A stretch of DNA of 64,000 nt from Oscillospiraceae bacterium (GTDB lineage: Bacteria; Bacillota; Clostridia; Oscillospirales; Oscillospiraceae). Both the position numbers and the translations under genes were made by a program. The notes beneath the pieces are model-generated. The model had not been told where the DNA came from and did no database searches. It saw only the letters and a list, made by a program, of their open reading frames with translations. The stretch spans positions 98,545 to 162,544 of the forward strand of contig JAFSZH010000041.1 of NCBI GenBank assembly GCA_017455685.1. Reading direction: 5' to 3'. Numbering within the stretch: position 1 is the first letter of the stretch; each line of letters opens with the position of its first letter. Shown here piece after piece: positions 58,194 to 64,000 of this stretch.

Positions 58194-59233
58194 CGCCGCG
58201 ACGTCGAATCTATCCCGTTTTCGTGCCCCATGCAGGCTGCCCGAACAACTGCGTATTCTGTAATCAGAAACGCATTTCCGGCAGCCTTTTTCCCGTTTCG
58301 GCGGAGTCGGTGGGCAAGGAGCTTTCGGCCCTGCCGGACGGCGCGGGATATGAACTGGCTTTTTACGGCGGAAGCTTTACAGCGATCCCGGCTTCAGAGC
58401 AGGAATCGCTGCTCGCCGCTGCTCAGCCAGCCCGGGAAAGAGGCGCCGTCGCCGCCATCCGGGTGTCAACACGACCCGACGCCATAGACGAAAATGCGCT
58501 GGTACGGCTGAAAAAATACGGCGTTGGGACGGTTGAGCTGGGCGCGCAGAGCATGATCGACTCGGTGCTGCTGGCCTCCGCCCGGGGACACACTTCGGAG
58601 GACACCGTGAAAGCAGCCGGGCTTGTGAAGGCCTTCGGATTTCAACTGATTTTGCAGATGATGACAGGCCTTCCGGGAAGCAGTCCCAAGCTGGATACGG
58701 AAACGGCTGAACGGATCATCGCCCTGCGTCCGGACGGGGTACGCATCTATCCGACTGTCGTTGTGCGGGATACGGCGCTGGAATCCATGTGGCGCAGCGG
58801 AGCATACGTCGAGCACACTGTGGAGGACGCCGTGGAGCTCTGTGCCGAGCTACTGCCGCTTTTTTCGTCGGCCGGCATTCCGGTGATCCGGCTGGGACTG
58901 AACCCATCCGACGAGCTTTCGGAAGGCGGAGCCGTGGGCGGGGCCTATCATCCGGCTCTGGGGGAGCTGGTGCGCTCCCGTATCCTGCGAAGGGAGGCGG
59001 AAGAACTTCTTTCACGGGTCCCTCCGGGAAGCAATGTGTCACTGTCTGTCACTCCCGGCGAACTCTCCGCCATGATCGGCCAGCATCGGGAGAATGTCCG
59101 CTATCTGCAGGAAAGGTTTTCTCTCGGAAGTCTCCGGGTCGTAAGCGAGGGAGAAAAAACCGGCAAAAAACAGGATCATGCGGGAACACTCGTTCTTGCG
59201 ATACATGCATCTGCGCCTTCCGGCGCAGAATAA
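58190..59233 (+). CDS. radical SAM protein (ELP3-like family)
   Basis: CPNNCVFCNQ CX3CX2C-type motif near the N-terminus. GTGA overlap with rnc. Confidence 0.8.
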   Translation: MTPRRRIYPVFVPHAGCPNNCVFCNQKRISGSLFPVSAESVGKELSALPDGAGYELAFYGGSFTAIPASEQESLLAAAQPARERGAVAAIRVSTRPDAIDENALVRLKKYGVGTVELGAQSMIDSVLLASARGHTSEDTVKAAGLVKAFGFQLILQMMTGLPGSSPKLDTETAERIIALRPDGVRIYPTVVVRDTALESMWRSGAYVEHTVEDAVELCAELLPLFSSAGIPVIRLGLNPSDELSEGGAVGGAYHPALGELVRSRILRREAEELLSRVPPGSNVSLSVTPGELSAMIGQHRENVRYLQERFSLGSLRVVSEGEKTGKKQDHAGTLVLAIHASAPSGAE

Positions 59234-59282
59234 AGGGACATGACTTGTCCGGCTGTTTTCGCCGGCAGTCATGTCCTTTTTT
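59232..59282 (+). terminator. intrinsic terminator
   Basis: AAAGGGACATGACT..(inner CCGGC/GCCGG)..AGTCATGTCCTTTTTT. Confidence 0.85.
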
Positions 59283-59314
59283 CGTCATCGGCAGTTGGCT
59301 GAGGAACTGTAAAA

Positions 59315-59475
59315 ACATCAACAAATCAACGTTGAGTGAATTATTGAAAATGACGGATTCTTTGAAATAAAGACCGTCAATCCGTTATGTTTTCGGTAAA
59401 AAATATAAACAAAAGAGAGAATATTTATGCAACATCAACAAAATTCTTGAAAAGAACAGCGTTTTAGCATATGAT
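59315..59475 (+). promoter_or_regulatory. TAXI-TRAP operon control region
   Basis: TTGAAA (59447-52), 17 nt, TATGAT (59470-75). An 11-nt direct repeat ACATCAACAAA sits at 59315-25 and 59432-42. Nested inverted repeats ACGGATT/AATCCGT span 59353-59385. Confidence 0.45.
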
Positions 59476-59541
59476 TTTTATGTAAAAGAGCAGCGGCTCA
59501 ACAGAAATAACCACTGATAATCGAACAGGAGGAAATGTCAA

Positions 59542-60591
59542 ATGAAAAAAATACTATGTTTGGCACTGAGCATCTTGATGGTACTTTCTCTGGCAGGATG
59601 CTCCGGTAAAACTTCTGCTCCGGCAGCCCCTCAGAACACCGCCGCGCCGCAGCAGAGCACATCAAATGTAGACGGCTATGTCATGCGGTTGGGGACTGAC
59701 GCCGTTGGCGGTACTGCCAACACCGCGCTGGAGGCCATGTCTGCTGTGGTGAACCAAAACACCAAGCTCAAGACCTCCACCGTTGTCACCACCGGCGCCG
59801 TGGAGATCATCAACCTGATCAATTCCGGCGAGCTGGAAGGCGGTTACGCCGGAACGATCAACCTGATCCAGGCGCTGAACGGCGAGGCTCCCTTCAGCGG
59901 CCCCATCCCCATGGAGGCCATGACCCAGGGCTTCGGCTTCGTCTCCTGGATGCTCCCCATCATCACCACCAAGGACAAGGGCATCACCACCTACGAGGAA
60001 CTGGCAGGCAAGACTGTTGCCTTTCCCCAGCAGGGCTCCGCTTCCGCGGAGGTCATGAAGATCCTGTTCGACTGCTATGATCTGACCGACAAGGTGAAGA
60101 TCGAGTACTTCGGCTGGAGCGACGCCTGGGAAGCGCTGAAGGACGGCCGTGTGGACGCTGCCTGCGGCTCCTGGGCCAACGGTCTGCCTGCTGCGGGCGT
60201 GGTCGAACTGTGCACCACCCGGGACATCGTGATCCTGCCCATGTCCGAGGAGATCGGCCAGAAGCTCAACGGGATCAACAACGGCATCGCGTTCCAGGGC
60301 ATGACCCACGAGAACGACGCCTCGATTCCCGAGGGCGAGGTCAGGTACGCTGCCAGAAACTCCGGCGTGTGCGTGTTTGCGGCCAGCGCCGATGAGGAAG
60401 CGGTCTACCAGTTCGTGAAGACCTGCCTGGAGAATGTGGATGCGCTGGGCAATATATCCAAGGACCTGGCGGTATTCAAGGATTATGCCCTGAGCGTGTG
60501 CGTACCGTCGATCCCGTTCCATCCCGGCGCCGCGAGAGCGCTGAAGGAAGCCGGATTGTGGGATGACTCCTTCATAGTTTACGGAGAATAA
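59542..60591 (+). CDS. TAXI-family TRAP transporter solute-binding lipoprotein
   Basis: Lipobox LSLAGCSG and an immunogenic-protein/TAXI-type periplasmic binding fold pattern. Adjacent to the fused TRAP permease. Confidence 0.85.
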   Translation: MKKILCLALSILMVLSLAGCSGKTSAPAAPQNTAAPQQSTSNVDGYVMRLGTDAVGGTANTALEAMSAVVNQNTKLKTSTVVTTGAVEIINLINSGELEGGYAGTINLIQALNGEAPFSGPIPMEAMTQGFGFVSWMLPIITTKDKGITTYEELAGKTVAFPQQGSASAEVMKILFDCYDLTDKVKIEYFGWSDAWEALKDGRVDAACGSWANGLPAAGVVELCTTRDIVILPMSEEIGQKLNGINNGIAFQGMTHENDASIPEGEVRYAARNSGVCVFAASADEEAVYQFVKTCLENVDALGNISKDLAVFKDYALSVCVPSIPFHPGAARALKEAGLWDDSFIVYGE

Positions 60592-60602
60592 TCTGCAGTC
60601 TG

Positions 60603-60639
60603 AAGCCGTCTCTCCGATAAAAGGAGAGACGGCTTTTTT
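60603..60639 (+). terminator. intra-operon intrinsic terminator/attenuator
   Basis: AAGCCGTCTCTCC-gataaaa-GGAGAGACGGCTTTTTT, between the SBP and permease genes. Confidence 0.8.
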
Positions 60640-60653
60640 GAAAGGATTTTACT

Positions 60654-62582
60654 ATGCCTGCTCTTAACCGGGGAATTACTGATCCCCAAAAAAGGATCGA
60701 AAATATGTTGAAGATGATAGGTGTCCTGATGGGCGTTTATCATTTTTTAAGCGCGAGATTTATGCTCACCAGCGCTTATCGGCATATAATGATCCATTAC
60801 GCGTGCTGTTTTGTTATTCTGTTTCTGACGAAGATCAACTTTCACACCGAGAGCAAAAAGGAGAAAGCTGTCAGTATTCTTTCCGTGATCTGTATTGCGG
60901 CCATTATACTGGACACGGCATTTATTTACGCACACCATGACCAGTACCTGCAGGCCATGGGGAATTACACCACGGGTCAGATCATCTCCGGGGCGATCTA
61001 TCTGCTGGTGTTCCTGATCGGGACCTATCTTGCCTGGGGCAAGGTGATCCCCATCATCGTGGCGATCTTTCTCCTGTATGGTTATTTCGGCCCGAAACTG
61101 CCGGGGTTCCTGTATCACGGCGGACTGTCGGTCAAACGGCTTATTACTTATTCCACCACCAACTTCACCGGCGTTTTCGGAATGATGGGGCAGATCACAG
61201 CCAATACCATTATCCTGTTTTCTATTTTCGGCGGCATGCTGGATTCCTTCGGAGCGCTGGAATGCATCATGAACGTGGCCATGTCCGTTTCCGGAAAGAT
61301 ACGTTCCGGCGGAGCTCAGGTGGCGGTCATTTCCTCCGGTCTGATCGGTTCCGTGACCGGTCAGGTCGCCGCCAATATTTCCATGACCGGCACGGTGTCC
61401 ATCCCGCTGATGAAGAAACGGGGTTATCCGCCGGAATTTGCCGCAGCCTGTGAAGCGACCGCATCCACCGGGGGAGCCATCCTTCCGCCCGTGATGAACG
61501 CTGCGGCATTCATTATTGCAAGCTGGACCAACACACCGTATTTCCGCATCATTATGCTGGGCGTTACGCCCGCACTTCTCTATTATTTCGGCATTGCGCT
61601 TTCGATCTATATCAAGGCCATCAAGCTGGGCGATGAACGGGTGATTGACGAGAATCTGCCCAAGTTCAGAGACGCGGCGCTGGATTTCGGCGTGTTTTTC
61701 ATTCCGATTATCGTTCTTGTGATATTGATGGCGCGAAATCTCTCCTCCCAGATGTCTCTGTTCTTCTCCATCATAACCATGATGGTCGTCGGCTTCTACA
61801 AGCAGCTGAAAAAGGGGCGTCCGATCCTGGAATCCTGCAGACTGTTCATCGTCAAGCTGATGAACGGCTTTGCCGGCGGAGCAAAGGCCTGCGCCGCCAT
61901 CTCCATTGTGCTGGGCATCACCGGTGTTGTGGTACAGATCCTGACGGCGACAGGACTGCCCTCCAAGATCTCCCAGTTCGTCGTCACCTCCGCCGGAAGC
62001 TCCATGTTCCTGCTGGGCGTCATGGTGGCCATCAGCTGCGTGGTATTCGGCATGGGTATGCCGGCAGCTCCCGCGTACGTGCTTTGTGCGCTGCTTGGCG
62101 CACCTGCTCTGACCTCCTATGGCGTACCGCTCCTGGCGGCACATTTCTTCGTTTTTTATTTCGGTGAGATGAGCGCACTCACGCCTCCCGTAGCCATCGG
62201 CTGTCTGGTAGCGTCCGGTATGGCCAAAGCGGATTTCATGAAGACCTGCGTTACGGCGCTGCGGCTGGCTATCGCGGGGTTCGTGCTGCCCTTTATGTTC
62301 CTGTACAGACCGGCGATCCTCTTCGGCCTTGGTACGGTAGGTCAATGGGCATGGGCGGTTTTGATGATCGTAGTATTCCTCTTTGCATTTATCCTGAGCT
62401 GTGAAAACTTCTTCCTGGAAAAGCTGGATATCAAGGAGAGGATCATAGCCATCGTTGCCGCCGCCTGCAGCATAATGCCGTATTTTGCCCTGGATCTGGC
62501 AGGCATCGCCCTTACGCTCCTGCTGCTGGTACTGCATCTTACAAGACACAGAAAAAATACTCCGCATACGGCAGCCGCTTGA
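60654..62582 (+). CDS. TRAP transporter fused (DctQM-like) permease, TAXI-associated type
   Basis: 642 aa, highly hydrophobic multi-TM. Size and context are typical of TAXI-TRAP fused permeases. Confidence 0.85.
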   Translation: MPALNRGITDPQKRIENMLKMIGVLMGVYHFLSARFMLTSAYRHIMIHYACCFVILFLTKINFHTESKKEKAVSILSVICIAAIILDTAFIYAHHDQYLQAMGNYTTGQIISGAIYLLVFLIGTYLAWGKVIPIIVAIFLLYGYFGPKLPGFLYHGGLSVKRLITYSTTNFTGVFGMMGQITANTIILFSIFGGMLDSFGALECIMNVAMSVSGKIRSGGAQVAVISSGLIGSVTGQVAANISMTGTVSIPLMKKRGYPPEFAAACEATASTGGAILPPVMNAAAFIIASWTNTPYFRIIMLGVTPALLYYFGIALSIYIKAIKLGDERVIDENLPKFRDAALDFGVFFIPIIVLVILMARNLSSQMSLFFSIITMMVVGFYKQLKKGRPILESCRLFIVKLMNGFAGGAKACAAISIVLGITGVVVQILTATGLPSKISQFVVTSAGSSMFLLGVMVAISCVVFGMGMPAAPAYVLCALLGAPALTSYGVPLLAAHFFVFYFGEMSALTPPVAIGCLVASGMAKADFMKTCVTALRLAIAGFVLPFMFLYRPAILFGLGTVGQWAWAVLMIVVFLFAFILSCENFFLEKLDIKERIIAIVAAACSIMPYFALDLAGIALTLLLLVLHLTRHRKNTPHTAAA

Positions 62583-62594
62583 GAAGGTGCAACT

Positions 62595-63854
62595 ATGGAA
62601 AAAAAGAACATATATATCTGCGCTACCATGGACACCAAGGGAGAAGAAGCGGTTTTTCTGAAAGAGCAGATCGAGGCGTGCGGCAACAACGGGATCATAA
62701 TCGACGTTTCTCTGCGTAAGTGCGATAAGGAGTATCCCATCGACTATACGCAGGAACAGGTCGCCCAGGCTGCCATGATCCCGCTCGCCACGGTATTGGG
62801 GACCAATCTTCGCTCTGAAGCATCGCGCTACATGGTGGCCGGACTCAATGTTATTCTCCAGCGGCTTTTGAAGGAAAACAAAATCGACGGCGTGATCTCC
62901 CTGGGAGGAAGCGGCGGTACGACTATCGCCACCGGAGCCATGCAGCAGCTTCCCATGGGGATCCCCAAGGTTGTGGTCGGTACTATGGCAAGCGGGAACA
63001 CCCTCCCCTACGTGCAGGGGCAGGACATCCTGCTGATCAATTCTGTCGTGGATATCCAGAGCCTGAATTTCATGAGCATGTATATCCTGACCGAAGCCGC
63101 CCATATCATTGACGCCATGGCCAGACTGCCGAAAATCGCAAAAAACAGAAGAAAAAGCATCGCGATCACTTGTTTCGGCGTCACGACGCCCTGCGTACAG
63201 CGCTGTCGTGAGCTTCTGGAAGAATACGGTTATGAGATCCTGATCTTTCATGCCAGAGGAGTATCCGGCGGGAAGATCATGGAAAAGATGATCCGAGAGA
63301 ACTATTTCTGCGGCGTGCTTGACGTGACGACCACGGAACTGATCGACGAAGTCGCCGGAGGCGCTTACGTCGTCGGACCGGACAGGCTCCGTGCGGCGGT
63401 GAAGAAAAACATTCCGTATATCGTCGTGCCTGGAGCGACGGATATGATCAACATAGGACCGGCGGAAATGCTCAAGCCCGAGCAGAGAGACCACGTGATG
63501 TATTATCACAACAATACGTCTCTGCTGAAGCTGAGATCCAACGAGAAGGAAGTTCTGGAGCTTGCCCACGTGTTTGCGGACAGGCTTTCCGAGAGCCGCG
63601 GAATGGTCAAGGTCATCGTACCCACACGGGGGTTTTCCGAGGTGGATAAAGAGGGGAACGTATTCTGGAATCCCCAGACCGACTCCCTGTTTCTCAGGGA
63701 GCTGCAGAGAAGCATGCCGGAAAACGTTCCGGTCATCACCGACGATCATCACATCAACGACCCCGAGTTTGCCGAGCTTCTTGTGAAGAATCTGGTGAAA
63801 ATGATGAAGTGGCAGGAAGTGACCGCCGGGGTCGGCAGGGAGGAAAGGGAATGA
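62595..63854 (+). CDS. UPF0261 (Tm-1 N-terminal-like) ATP-binding family protein
   Basis: N-terminus IYICATMDTKGEE..FLK..I and internal LGGSGGT. Followed by its usual TIM-barrel partner. Confidence 0.8.
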   Translation: MEKKNIYICATMDTKGEEAVFLKEQIEACGNNGIIIDVSLRKCDKEYPIDYTQEQVAQAAMIPLATVLGTNLRSEASRYMVAGLNVILQRLLKENKIDGVISLGGSGGTTIATGAMQQLPMGIPKVVVGTMASGNTLPYVQGQDILLINSVVDIQSLNFMSMYILTEAAHIIDAMARLPKIAKNRRKSIAITCFGVTTPCVQRCRELLEEYGYEILIFHARGVSGGKIMEKMIRENYFCGVLDVTTTELIDEVAGGAYVVGPDRLRAAVKKNIPYIVVPGATDMINIGPAEMLKPEQRDHVMYYHNNTSLLKLRSNEKEVLELAHVFADRLSESRGMVKVIVPTRGFSEVDKEGNVFWNPQTDSLFLRELQRSMPENVPVITDDHHINDPEFAELLVKNLVKMMKWQEVTAGVGREERE

Positions 63855-64000
63855 ATAGAGTCAGTTGCAGGGTCCCGCGGGAAGTCACGCTGCAGAAGAT
63901 GCGTGATGAGATCGCCCGGGGGATCCCCGTAATCGTCAGCGGCGCAGGCGTCGGCATCGTGGGGCGTATCCTGGAGAGTTCAGGCGCCGATATGGCGGTA
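63851..64000 (+). CDS. PEP-hydrolase-like TIM-barrel protein (COG5564 type), 5' part only
   Basis: ATGA overlap with the upstream gene. The N-terminus ..L.KMRDEIARGIPVIVSGAGVGIVGRILESSGADM matches the family pattern I recall. Truncated by the window edge. Confidence 0.65.
   Translation, partial: MNRVSCRVPREVTLQKMRDEIARGIPVIVSGAGVGIVGRILESSGADMAV

Noticed and set aside
60747-63752. 1001-aa minus-strand ORF spanning the TRAP permease and UPF0261 genes
   Set aside because: It runs antisense across two independently supported + strand genes and their intergenic gap. The translation is His/Asp/Gly/Arg-rich without domains. Judged a shadow ORF.
1-64000. CRISPR arrays, rRNA operons, integrases/transposases, restriction-modification, toxin-antitoxin or other known defence systems
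   Set aside because: Scanning intergenic regions and all ORF translations on both strands, I found no regularly spaced repeats, no recombinase, nuclease or methylase motifs, and no small paired toxin/antitoxin ORFs. The XRE::AbrB protein is a single fused regulator without a partner toxin gene.

Overview
High-GC (about 60-65%) Firmicutes/Clostridia-type chromosome segment. It is almost entirely housekeeping genes on the + strand, in tightly coupled operons. Main blocks: frr-uppS-cdsA-dxr-rseP-ispG-polC; uppP-ftsK-mrnC-rqcH; rplS-lepB-rbgA-rnhB-yraN; tig-clpP-clpX-lon-engB; scpAB; a sporulation-type DUF2953-ytfJ-dac group; cmk-plsC-ispH::rpsA; nfnAB; dprA-topA-trmFO-plsX-acpP-rnc. There are two stand-alone tRNAs: Ala-CGC and Leu-TAG. 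I found no rRNA, CRISPR array, integrase, transposase or recognisable defence system. Accessory or unusual DNA is limited to four places. (1) A lower-GC islet at 10.4-18.2 kb next to tRNA-Ala, made of small regulator plus membrane-protein modules: TetR/esterase, a His-tailed DMT transporter, TetR/CPBP, and ABC/ABC-2/XRE::AbrB/YdeI. (2) A gene-free 0.7 kb scar upstream of rplS holding a stop-interrupted fragment that looks mobile-element derived. (3) A 34-nt tRNA-T-loop-like repeat (31/34 identical) present twice, each time beside a bidirectional terminator and a tRNA or tRNA-like 3' end. (4) A TAXI-TRAP transporter cluster joined to the poorly understood UPF0261 / PEP-hydrolase-like (Tm-1-type) gene pair, running off the 3' edge. 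None of these is a demonstrated novel system; the best leads are (3), (4) and the bcr-like module with an XRE::AbrB fusion regulator. All calls rest on reading ORF translations, motifs and hand-checked coordinates, with no database search. The many long antisense ORFs are treated as high-GC shadow frames.
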